Positions 26,500-34,369 of a stretch of DNA of 64,000 nt are shown one piece after another (position 1 is the stretch's first letter; each line of letters begins with the position of its first letter). The stretch is taken from IMG/VR virus record IMGVR_UViG_3300050187_000003, positions 11,576 to 75,575 of that record. The stretch is one strand, 5' to 3'. A program made the translations under genes and the position numbers. The notes under the pieces were generated by a model, which saw only the letters and a program-made list of their open reading frames with translations, searched no databases and had not been told where the DNA came from. This DNA comes from a virus (Duplodnaviria; Heunggongvirae; Uroviricota; Caudoviricetes).

Positions 26500-26681
26500 G
26501 CCGGCACCTCCCGCCGGGTCTCGTGGTGGGGCGGGCATTCGACCGAATGCCCGCAAGGGTGACCGATCGACAACACCAGGCCGTCACGGGCGGCGATCCG
26601 GGTGCCATCTGCGGAGAGCGTGACTGTCCGGCCTTCGCGGACGAAGAAGTCCGTGGCGAGCCAGTTCCAGCAGACCAACAT
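26496..26681 (-). CDS. small hypothetical protein (about 61 aa)
   Basis: MLVCWNWLATDFFVREGRTVTLSADGTRIAARDG... Its start overlaps the upstream stop and its stop overlaps the next GTG start, so it sits in a chain of translationally coupled genes. Confidence 0.25.
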   Translation of the reverse strand: MLVCWNWLATDFFVREGRTVTLSADGTRIAARDGLVLSIGHPCGHSVECPPHHETRREVPA

Positions 26682-27439
26682 CACGCCACCGCCGACGGCC
26701 GTGGCGACACGAACCGGGCCAACTCGAACTGGGCAACCACCCCGCTCACCTCGCCGCGCCGACCCGCGCGGGCCTTCGCCACAACCAGGTTGTCCCGGTT
26801 CGTAGATGCGAACCGGGACAGCATCACCACGGCGTCGGAAATCTCGGCCATCTGCCGCGACGGCAGATGATGCAGCATCGGGTGGCGCCATGCGTCGCGG
26901 ACCTGAGTGGTGACTACTACTGCGGCGTCCTTACTGTTGGCGATCTTCCGCAGCTCCTCTACGGCTTCGTAGCTGCGGAAGAAGGGGCTGTCCACGGCGA
27001 TGAGCCGGGCAGACGACTCGCGGACGAACCCCATGACGGTGGCTGCCGTCCGCGCCTCAATGACGGCGAGCGGGGCGGCGTTCCACGCAGGCTGCGCGGC
27101 GTGTAGACGCGTCGCCTCGGCCACGTCGGGTGCCGTCGTGTTCGGTACCGGCACCTCGGCCATGCCGGCGAGGATCCGGTTGTCTCGCTGAACGGGGTTG
27201 TACTCGCCGTCGATCAGCAGCGTAGGCACCCCCCGGTTGACGGCGTTGGCGCGGACGATCGTGTCGACCAGGGTGGTCTTTCCGGAGGCTGCGGATCCGG
27301 CGATCAGGTTGACGGTGCCGGGCCGGAAGCCACCGCCGAGGAGCGCGTCGAGCTCGGGCAGGCTGGTGGTGTAGCGATCAGGGGTCATGACAGTTCTCCT
27401 CGGGGCGGGGGTTGATGGGGTGGGGTAGGCGGTCATCAC
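26681..27439 (-). CDS. RecA-like / DnaB-C-terminal-like ATPase (KaiC/RadA superfamily)
   Basis: Walker A LIAGSAASGKTTL and Walker-B-like LLIDGEYNP. Lies directly downstream of DnaB. Confidence 0.45.
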   Translation of the reverse strand: MMTAYPTPSTPAPRRTVMTPDRYTTSLPELDALLGGGFRPGTVNLIAGSAASGKTTLVDTIVRANAVNRGVPTLLIDGEYNPVQRDNRILAGMAEVPVPNTTAPDVAEATRLHAAQPAWNAAPLAVIEARTAATVMGFVRESSARLIAVDSPFFRSYEAVEELRKIANSKDAAVVVTTQVRDAWRHPMLHHLPSRQMAEISDAVVMLSRFASTNRDNLVVAKARAGRRGEVSGVVAQFELARFVSPRPSAVA

Positions 27440-28767
27440 ACGATCGCCATGTCCACGAACCGCGACTTGTCCAGCTGTGCGGCGACTGTGACCTTGCCTT
27501 TGGTCGCCGACCGGGCTTTCAGGACAAAGACGTCGGCTTCGCCCATGCGTGGCGATTCGTGGTCGTAGTAGTCAGGCCGGTACAAGCCCAAGACCACGTT
27601 CGACGCATTGGCGATCGCCCGTGACCCACGCAGGTCACCTAGCTGTGGTTCTTTGTCCGTGCGGGTGTCGGCGTTGCCGTTGGCCTGGGAGGCTGCGATC
27701 ACGGGAACGTCGAGGTTGCCGGCCATGTTTTTCAGCCCTTGGCTGACGTCGCTGATCTGTTCCTGTTCGGTGTTGCCCCGCTTTGACGGCCGCACCAGCT
27801 GGTTGTAGTCGACGATCACCGCGTCCAAGCCGTGCTTGGCCGCTAGGACCCGGCAGTAGCCTTCCATCTGCTTGACGGTGATCTCGGACTGGTCGCACAG
27901 GAACAGCGGCGCTGTCGACATGGGGCCGAGGACGTTCGACATCCGCGACCAGTGGCGTTCGTCGAGGTCGCCGTCGCGAATGAAGCGGTAGGGGACGCCG
28001 GACTCTGCCGACAGGATGCGTTCGAACAACTCGTCGCAGGCCATTTCGAGGCTGAAGTGGGCCACCGTGTACTTTTTCTTGATCGACAGGTGCCGGGAGA
28101 TGTCGGTGAGGAAGAGCGACTTTCCGCCGCCGGTAGGCGCGACAACGGTGATCAGCTGCTTCTTCCGCAGCCCACCCAACATCTTGTCCAGGTCGATGAA
28201 CCCAGTCGGTAGGCCAGCGGGTGTGTCTTTGCGTTGCTCGATCGCGTCCAGGCGGTCGTTGACGAGTTCCCCCAACTGGACCATGACGCCGTTGGTGTTG
28301 CGGACTGGCCGGATCTGCTGGATGAGTTCCTCTGCCAGCGTGTGGGCCTGCTCCGATGTCCACCCTGAGGAGGTGGCGGCGTTGGTGATGCGGATACCGG
28401 CGGCCTGTAGGCGGCGGCGGGTCGCCATCTCCAAGACCCGGTCGACGTAGTAGCCGGCCTGCGCGACGGTCGGTACTGCGGCGACGCATCTGTGCAGGAA
28501 AAGCACGCCTCCGTCGTATGCGCCGAGTAGCCCTTGGTCGGCGAGGAACCCAGCCAGCGCCACTGGTTCGGTGGGAACACCGGATTCGTGCGCGGAGACG
28601 ATGTGCTCAAACAGGGTGCCGTGCCGGGGCTGGTAGAAGTCGATCGACCCGAGTTTGACGGCGACATCGTTGACGAGGCTGCTGTCAAGCATGAGCGTAC
28701 CGAGAATGATGCGTTCGGCGGCGATGTCGAAGGCCGGGGCTGCTTCAACGGTGTCGGTAGCGGTCAT
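27436..28767 (-). CDS. dnaB: replicative DNA helicase DnaB
   Basis: 443 aa. N-terminal DnaB domain, Walker A VVAPTGGGKSLFL, and motifs ...AHFSLEM..., ...VIVDYNQL..., ...IAASQANGNADTR... typical of DnaB. Confidence 0.75.
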   Translation of the reverse strand: MTATDTVEAAPAFDIAAERIILGTLMLDSSLVNDVAVKLGSIDFYQPRHGTLFEHIVSAHESGVPTEPVALAGFLADQGLLGAYDGGVLFLHRCVAAVPTVAQAGYYVDRVLEMATRRRLQAAGIRITNAATSSGWTSEQAHTLAEELIQQIRPVRNTNGVMVQLGELVNDRLDAIEQRKDTPAGLPTGFIDLDKMLGGLRKKQLITVVAPTGGGKSLFLTDISRHLSIKKKYTVAHFSLEMACDELFERILSAESGVPYRFIRDGDLDERHWSRMSNVLGPMSTAPLFLCDQSEITVKQMEGYCRVLAAKHGLDAVIVDYNQLVRPSKRGNTEQEQISDVSQGLKNMAGNLDVPVIAASQANGNADTRTDKEPQLGDLRGSRAIANASNVVLGLYRPDYYDHESPRMGEADVFVLKARSATKGKVTVAAQLDKSRFVDMAIV

Positions 28768-30092
28768 CGGGTCTCCTGGGGTAGCGGTGTTTCGCGGCCA
28801 GCGGCGATGGTGCGGGCGTAGTCGGCGAGTTGGTCCGCGGTCAGCCCGCGCTGGTAGAGGGCGCCGAACTGAGCGGTGATTTTCATCAGGTCGTCAACGC
28901 TGTGCCGGCCGGGGGCGACTTGTCGCCAAGCGGTTACGGCGGCGGCGACGGCCGGGTGGGTGCGTTCCCGGACTCGGATTGGCAGGCTGCTGCCGGTGCG
29001 GCAGAGCGGGCACAGCAGCAGGCCGGTGGTGGGGTGGGGGGTTTCACCGGCTGCGGTGCCGTGTTTGCAGTCAGGGTGGGTGCTTTGAAGTCTGAGGATC
29101 TGTTGTTCGAGCTGTTTGGCGCGGTTTTTGCGGATTTCATCGTAGATGGGGGTGAAGCTGCGGTTGCTGGTCATGGTTCGCAGGTAGCTGGCGTTGACGC
29201 GGGTGCCGTAGCGGTTGAGGACGGCGCGGTGGACGGCGGTGGCGTCGTCGGCGGTGGCTTCGGGGTGGCCGGCGGCGTGGAGCCCGTTGAGGATGATCTG
29301 GGTGGCTTGGGGTAGCTGGCTGATGGTTTTGGGGAACAGTGCTGGCTGGCGTCCTCGGTAGGGCTTGTTGAGGGGCGCTACGGGGGGTGTTGGTTTGCGT
29401 TCTGTGTTGGCGGGCTTGTTGGTTGGGTTGGCTGCCGGCGTCGGTGGGGTGGGGGGTTGTGAAGGTTCTCCGCGCAGCGCCGACGGTGTTGGTTCAAGGT
29501 TTAAAAACCTAGAAAAAGGAGAAGGCTCCCCCGTTAGTCCGCCAGGCGGACTAGTTTGGTCCGCCTGGCGGACTAAGGTTTCGTCATCTTGGTCCGCCAG
29601 GCGGACTAACGTTAGTCCGCCTGGCGGACTAACAGGGGCCTCATCTTGGTCCGCCAGGCGGACTAGGTCATCGACGAGCTTCAGGTTCGGACGTCCAGAA
29701 CGCCGTAACGCTCCGTCTACATTTGGTCCGCCTGGCGGACTGGCCTTCGGGGCCTTCCGGCGAGACGAACGCTTCGGCAACGTCACCTCGGCCTCGCCGA
29801 CCGACAGCTGATACCCCGACCGCGCCGTTGCCCCGTCCGCCACCCGCCGAACCCACCCGGCAGCCGTCAACACCTTCATCCACTCGGCAACCGACGACCG
29901 AGCCACCCCGGTCATCGACGCCAGTTGGTCGAGTGTCGGAGCATGGCTCAGCGGAACCTCGGCGGTGCTGGCCACGGACCGGCACAGCAGCGTCAGCATG
30001 ATCAGCCTGCCGGTGCCGTCAATGGAGGACGTGAACACTGCCGATTCCACCTCCCATCTGGTTGTCAAAGGGGGTCTCCTGCTGCTCGTCAT
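28764..30092 (-). CDS. replication initiator protein (N-terminal wHTH; iterons embedded in coding sequence)
   Basis: HTH segment LDQLASMTGVARSSVAEWMKVLTAAGWV. The internal repeated peptide motifs (PPGGLT / LVRLADQ) are encoded by the 15-bp palindromic iterons. Upstream of dnaB, analogous to lambda O/P. Confidence 0.5.
   Translation of the reverse strand: MTSSRRPPLTTRWEVESAVFTSSIDGTGRLIMLTLLCRSVASTAEVPLSHAPTLDQLASMTGVARSSVAEWMKVLTAAGWVRRVADGATARSGYQLSVGEAEVTLPKRSSRRKAPKASPPGGPNVDGALRRSGRPNLKLVDDLVRLADQDEAPVSPPGGLTLVRLADQDDETLVRQADQTSPPGGLTGEPSPFSRFLNLEPTPSALRGEPSQPPTPPTPAANPTNKPANTERKPTPPVAPLNKPYRGRQPALFPKTISQLPQATQIILNGLHAAGHPEATADDATAVHRAVLNRYGTRVNASYLRTMTSNRSFTPIYDEIRKNRAKQLEQQILRLQSTHPDCKHGTAAGETPHPTTGLLLCPLCRTGSSLPIRVRERTHPAVAAAVTAWRQVAPGRHSVDDLMKITAQFGALYQRGLTADQLADYARTIAAGRETPLPQETR
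29495..29745. repeat. origin of replication: AT-rich block plus six copies of the 15-bp palindromic iteron GTCCGCCWGGCGGAC
   Basis: Seen directly. Copies at 29537, 29559, 29592, 29615, 29649 and 29726, with conserved flanks TTRGTCCGCC...GGACTAA. AT-rich GGTTTAAAAACCTAGAAAAAGGA at 29495-29520. Confidence 0.7.
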
Positions 30093-30121
30093 CGGGGGTG
30101 TGCTTGGCGGGGCTAGGCGGC

Positions 30122-30328
30122 CTAGGTGTTGTCCCACCGGGCGAGCCAGTGGCAGGACCACTGGTGGCCGCAGCGGCGGTGCCGGTAGAGGGCGATGAGG
30201 GCGTCGCCTTCGGTGGTGGTGGCGTAGGGGACGACGACGCCGCTCCAGTCCTTGTATGTCTGGCACTTGTCGCTGAACGGCGGGGCGGTTGGCCGGTCCT
30301 TGGCTGCTATCTCGAACGAGTAGGTCAC
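30122..30328 (-). CDS. small zinc-ribbon-like protein
   Basis: GTG start with GGAG upstream. ...YRHRRCGHQWSCHW... plus KCQTYKDW. Confidence 0.3.
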   Translation of the reverse strand: MTYSFEIAAKDRPTAPPFSDKCQTYKDWSGVVVPYATTTEGDALIALYRHRRCGHQWSCHWLARWDNT

Positions 30329-30329
30329 T

Positions 30330-30433
30330 CGGGCTGCTCCCGTCTGCTCAGCGCGAAACTGTTTGATCAAGCTCTCACAAGATCCTACAGGGGAAGGTAC
30401 AGAACTACTACCAGGGAAGGTAGCATGTGAGCC
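30330..30433. promoter_or_regulatory. lower-GC intergenic region with direct repeats (CAGGGGAAGGTA / CAGGGAAGGTAGC) upstream of the plus-strand antitoxin gene
   Basis: Seen directly. Contains TTGATC and an AT-richer stretch. Divergent from the minus-strand replication genes. Confidence 0.35.
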
Positions 30434-30727
30434 ATGACGGTCATCGCAGGGCAACCCCTGCCACGAACTCAGTACGGAAGTCGTTACGATCTGGAGGTGA
30501 CCAGACGCGTAATGATGGGAATCCAGGAGCTGCGACTGCGGCTCAAGGAACGCGTTTCCGCAGTACAGGACGGCATCCACACCGTCTTCACCCGCCACGG
30601 CCGACCCGTTGCCGTGCTCGTCGACATCGACTGGTACCGGCGCGCCGTGGACGCCATCGGCGATGCCCCGCTCGGGTTCGAGAACCCCGAGCCGCTGCCC
30701 GACAGGACATGGAACGACGGCAGCTAG
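30434..30727 (+). CDS. Phd/YefM-family type II antitoxin homolog (orphan; no cognate toxin gene found)
   Basis: Segment IQELRLRLKERVSAVQDGIHTVFTRHGRPVAVLVDIDWYRRAVDAI matches the Phd/YefM fold signature. Start may be at 30434 or at the internal ATGATG near 30512. Plus strand, opposite to the lytic genes. Confidence 0.55.
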   Translation: MTVIAGQPLPRTQYGSRYDLEVTRRVMMGIQELRLRLKERVSAVQDGIHTVFTRHGRPVAVLVDIDWYRRAVDAIGDAPLGFENPEPLPDRTWNDGS

Positions 30728-31543
30728 CCGGTTCACGACGCCACCTGCCCGGTAGTCGGGTTGAGCTCGCCAGGCCGGGCGGCGAGCCGGGTGCGCGGGG
30801 TCTGATCGGAGATAGTCAACGGTGTGCCCCTTTCCGGACGGAGCTACGGGCAGGCTTGAGTGCGGCGAGGATTGCGGCACGGTCGGCCCCCGGTGTGGAA
30901 GCCTCATCGGCCAAACGGTGGGCGCGTTCCCGGACGCGTGTGGGGCTGTCCGCTGTCAACTTCCGGCGGCGTGCCGGCAGCGGGCTAACGACTTGGCGGC
31001 CTCGGCGCAGCATCAGCGGTCCTGTCCGCTGTCGGCTGGCCGCCGTTCGAGTCGGACATCACAGACGAGCCCGGCGCGGGTGTCGGTGTATTCCATCCAG
31101 CCGGGGCCGGACCGAAACTTGCGGTCACGTTCCCGCATCCGGGCCCGAGTCGGGAAAGGTATGGGTGGCCGGTGGCGGGTCGGCGGGACCGTGGTGGACG
31201 ACGCCGATGGTCCACGGCCCGGAAGGAATTGCGCTCATGCCGCAGCCTGGCCGGGGCCGAACTGGTCGAGAATGAGTTGCCGCAGTTGGCTGGCGGACCC
31301 CGGCGTCCCAATGTCGCTATCCGAGTGACACGCGTCGGGTAGTGGCGGTAGGCCGGTGTCTGGCCAGCATGTTCGGCAGCGCGCGCCGTGCGCCAGGTGC
31401 CGGCGGCGAGCGAAGGGGGTGCCGCACGCCAGGACAACGTCAACAGTGAGCATCTGGGTATTCCGTTCTGTCGATGGATGGGTGGGAACGGGGCGGCGCG
31501 GCCCGCCACACGAGCAGACCGCGCCAACCAGCAGGACAGAGGG

Positions 31544-32443
31544 CTACTGTGCTGGCGTCTGCACCGGGTTACCGCCACCCAGGCAGAACCCCGGCTCCCG
31601 GGCATGCTTGTCCGCGAGTTCCAAACAGCGCACCACCGGATCCACATCGGCGTTCGTTTCCGACACCTGCTTCTGAATCTCAGCGTTACGCCGGTCCTGC
31701 TCCAGGTTCTTCGCCGCCAACACCTTCTGCTGGAACGCCTCAATGCTCTGCTGGGTCTTCTCGTCGTAGCGGATGATCCCGATCACCGTCGCCAGCACGT
31801 CAACGTCTCCGCCGATCCGAGCCTCGATGATCGACTGCGCCTTCTCCGCCAGCGGACCGGTCTGCGGTGCCATCACCTGCCCGGTCTCCTCGTTCACGTT
31901 CGCCAACGGGTCGTGGTCGGCGAACGTGTCAAGCAGCGCGTTGACGATGTTCTGGTCGACCCGCGTCCCAACGAAGTTGCCGAAGTCCCGCTTGTACGAC
32001 GCCCACTGCTCCGGTGCCTGAGCCGAGTCGGTCGTCCACTCGACCAGAACGTCCACGCACGCCTTCTGCAGGCCGGCGATCCGCACCCACACGCAGTTGT
32101 TGTCGCCGCGGCGGTCGAACGCCTGCCGTGAGGCGTCCCAGTCGTCGACCTTCTGCCACGGGGCCACCCACTGCAGACCAGGCCCGGTCACCTCACCGGT
32201 GGGCTTGTTCCAGGAGGTGACGATGCCGACGTTGCGGGTCGGCACCGTGTACGCGGATGAGAACAGCAGCAGCACAACGGCTAGGCCGAGTCCGCCGGCG
32301 CCGATGCCCTTGGAGACAGACCGGTTGGAGCCGGTGGTGGTGACGGCTACCGCGAGAGCCAAGGCTCCGGCGACCCCGCAGAGGATGGCGAGGATGAACG
32401 AAACGGGCATCAGGGGTTGACCTTCCGGTAGTTGTTGCGCCAC
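31544..32443 (-). CDS. SPFH/band-7 (stomatin/HflK-like) membrane protein
   Basis: N-terminal TM (FILAILCGVAGALALAVAV), then VPTRNVGIVTSWNKPTGEVTGPGLQWVAPWQKVDDWDASRQ (the SPFH core pattern) and a C-terminal coiled region IEAFQQKVLAAKNLEQDRRNAEIQKQ. Confidence 0.55.
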   Translation of the reverse strand: MAQQLPEGQPLMPVSFILAILCGVAGALALAVAVTTTGSNRSVSKGIGAGGLGLAVVLLLFSSAYTVPTRNVGIVTSWNKPTGEVTGPGLQWVAPWQKVDDWDASRQAFDRRGDNNCVWVRIAGLQKACVDVLVEWTTDSAQAPEQWASYKRDFGNFVGTRVDQNIVNALLDTFADHDPLANVNEETGQVMAPQTGPLAEKAQSIIEARIGGDVDVLATVIGIIRYDEKTQQSIEAFQQKVLAAKNLEQDRRNAEIQKQVSETNADVDPVVRCLELADKHAREPGFCLGGGNPVQTPAQ

Positions 32444-32676
32444 TCGGTGACGCGTTTACGGGTTGGGGTGGTGAGGATGCTGAACTCGCCGGTCAGGTCT
32501 GCTGGCGGCGAGTTCAGGTCGGCGAGAATCTGCTCGGCCTCCCGGCACAACTTGACGCACCGGCGAACCTGCCTGCGGCTGTCGACCCGGCCGGTCGAGC
32601 GGCGGCCAATCACGATGCCGATCGCGTAGCCGACCATGCCGGCGATGCTGATAGCGGCGACGATCGCGAAGCCCAT
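32410..32676 (-). CDS. small membrane protein (N-terminal TM, basic C-terminal tail), co-operonic with the SPFH gene
   Basis: MGFAIVAAISIAGMVGYAIGIVIG... Overlaps the SPFH start by 34 nt, and its start abuts the lipoprotein stop. Confidence 0.4.
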   Translation of the reverse strand: MGFAIVAAISIAGMVGYAIGIVIGRRSTGRVDSRRQVRRCVKLCREAEQILADLNSPPADLTGEFSILTTPTRKRVTEWRNNYRKVNP

Positions 32677-32945
32677 CAGCGTCGAATCCTTGCCGGCTTG
32701 GGGGTGGGCTTGCCGTCCGACCTCGCCACTCCAGCCGCCGTCTTCTTCGGCTGGGCTGTCGGCGTCGGCTTACGGGTAGCTGGCGGTTTGCCGTAGCAGT
32801 CCTCGTCGCCTTCCAACAGGTCGCCGAAGTCGCAGTCCGGCACATCCTCGGCAGGCTGCTGCGGTGTGGCCTTTCCGTCGCAGGCCGCGAGCACCGGGAC
32901 AGCGGCCACGACGCCGGCCATGGCGAGGAAACTTCGGCGGCGCAT
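32676..32945 (-). CDS. Tat-type secreted lipoprotein (89 aa)
   Basis: MRRRSFLAMAGVVAAVPVLAAC: twin-arginine RRxFL motif plus lipobox LAAC. Mature part is Pro/Lys/Thr-rich with a DCDFGDLLEGDEDCYG motif. Confidence 0.5.
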   Translation of the reverse strand: MRRRSFLAMAGVVAAVPVLAACDGKATPQQPAEDVPDCDFGDLLEGDEDCYGKPPATRKPTPTAQPKKTAAGVARSDGKPTPKPARIRR

Positions 32946-33508
32946 CAGAACAACGGCCTGTCGTTGAAGCCGGTGAGCACGTTGTAGATGGCCGCCGTCC
33001 AGCGGCAGTCACCGAGCGCGGTGTGCCGGTCGTATTCGTCCGGGTCTACACCGACCGCACGAGAGATGTCGTCCGACTTCCCGCTCGCCGGCACCGCGCC
33101 GTCTCGGCCGAGTAGCCAGCCTTCCGCCATGTCGATGACGTCCTTGGGCCGGTACCAGCGGGACGGCATGATGCCGTTGACGCGCATCCGTCGGTCCAGG
33201 GTTTCGGTGTCGAACGACGGGTTCGAACCGGCAGCAACCGCACCCCGGAGGTAGCGTTCGGCTTCGGTTAGCGCCTGGAGTTCGCTGACGGCCGAACCCA
33301 TCCCGGTGAATCCGGGGTGCCGCTCGTAGAATCGGCCCACGTTCAGCGCGGTCAGGTCGGCGTTACCGAGGTCGCAGTCCTCGGCGCGGATTATCCACGA
33401 CCGCTCACGTACGCCGCTCTCGTCGCGGCGGATGACGGCGATTTCCCACGGCCGCCGGTCCGGGCCAAGACTCGTCGTCTCACAGTCCAGAAAACACAGA
33501 GGTCTCAC
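32945..33508 (-). CDS. DnaQ-like 3'-5' exonuclease (DEDDh)
   Basis: Exo I FLDCETTSL, Exo II NPSFDTETL and Exo III HTALGDCRWTAAIY motifs. Confidence 0.6.
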   Translation of the reverse strand: MRPLCFLDCETTSLGPDRRPWEIAVIRRDESGVRERSWIIRAEDCDLGNADLTALNVGRFYERHPGFTGMGSAVSELQALTEAERYLRGAVAAGSNPSFDTETLDRRMRVNGIMPSRWYRPKDVIDMAEGWLLGRDGAVPASGKSDDISRAVGVDPDEYDRHTALGDCRWTAAIYNVLTGFNDRPLF

Positions 33509-33517
33509 AACATGCTC

Positions 33518-34369
33518 CTATGCGGCAAGGCCGACATCGCGTCGGCTCAACTGGTTGGCGAGCTCACGAAGCCCGGCGAGGGTCGTCCCCGACAGGCCGT
33601 GCATACGGGCGAACCGGGACGCGCCGCCGCCCCGGCCGCAGTGCCACAACAGCGCAAGCGCCCAGTCCTCACGGGTCGGCAACGCAGACAACGGCAGGTC
33701 CCCTGCCGCTGCCCGTTCGATCGCAACAGGGTCATCGCCGGGTTCCGGCCCATCGCGGCCAGCCAACGACGGTTGCTCGGCCGGGTCGTCAATGTCTTCC
33801 CACGCCAGCGGCGGCGCCCACCCGTACCGTGCCGCCATGTTCACGGCCCGCTTCGACCCGCCAAGCGTCATCGACAAGCGTTCGTACGTGTCGGCGATAG
33901 CCCAGTGGCTGGCTTCGCTGATGGCCGGCGAGGTGGCGTGGGCGAGTTCCCACGCCCACTGAAGATGCCGGTGGCCGCACTGGGTGGCGATGGCAGTCAA
34001 CGTCCAGCCGATGGCGACTAGGGCCTGTACGCGTCGGGTTGCACCGATGGTGGGCACGAGGCCGGCGCGGATGACCGCTGTCGGTTGGACGGCGAGGATC
34101 GCTGCCGCTGTCGACCCGTGGACTACCTTCCTGGGCTGGTAGAGGACGCTGTAGATGGTGTTGTGGGCGAGGTGGGCGTGGCGGGCGATGGCACGCAGGC
34201 TCATGCCGTTTCGCCGAAGGTGATCGATGTGGTCAAGGACTGCTTGGGCTGGCATTTGGGGCTGCCAGGTGCCGGCTTTGATCGCGGCCCTTCTGCGTCG
34301 GTCGTAGGCGGTGGACACTCGTTGGCAGCCGCCGCATCCCGCGACGAACCTGCGGTGGTGGCAACTCAT
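33518..34369 (-). CDS. hypothetical DNA-binding protein with multiple HTH-like segments
   Basis: N-terminal Cys cluster CHHRRFVAGCGGC. HTH-like segments (MSLRAIARHAHLAHNTIYSVL; LSGTTLAGLRELANQL). Between the DnaN and exonuclease genes. Confidence 0.35.
   Translation of the reverse strand: MSCHHRRFVAGCGGCQRVSTAYDRRRRAAIKAGTWQPQMPAQAVLDHIDHLRRNGMSLRAIARHAHLAHNTIYSVLYQPRKVVHGSTAAAILAVQPTAVIRAGLVPTIGATRRVQALVAIGWTLTAIATQCGHRHLQWAWELAHATSPAISEASHWAIADTYERLSMTLGGSKRAVNMAARYGWAPPLAWEDIDDPAEQPSLAGRDGPEPGDDPVAIERAAAGDLPLSALPTREDWALALLWHCGRGGGASRFARMHGLSGTTLAGLRELANQLSRRDVGLAA

Noticed and set aside
29537-29740. Possible CRISPR array (short palindromic repeats with spacers).
   Set aside because: Repeats are only 15 bp and alternate orientation (palindromic). 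Spacers are 7-62 bp and irregular. The array lies inside a replication initiator gene. It is iterons, not CRISPR.
29365-29811. Plus-strand ORF across the iteron array.
   Set aside because: Artefact of the palindromic repeats, which are open in several frames. The minus-strand initiator gene is the supported reading.
30730-31540. Search for a toxin partner (Doc/YoeB/RelE-like) of the Phd antitoxin.
   Set aside because: Only low-complexity or very short ORFs are present (for example 30816..31013 and a 27-aa peptide). None has toxin-like features.
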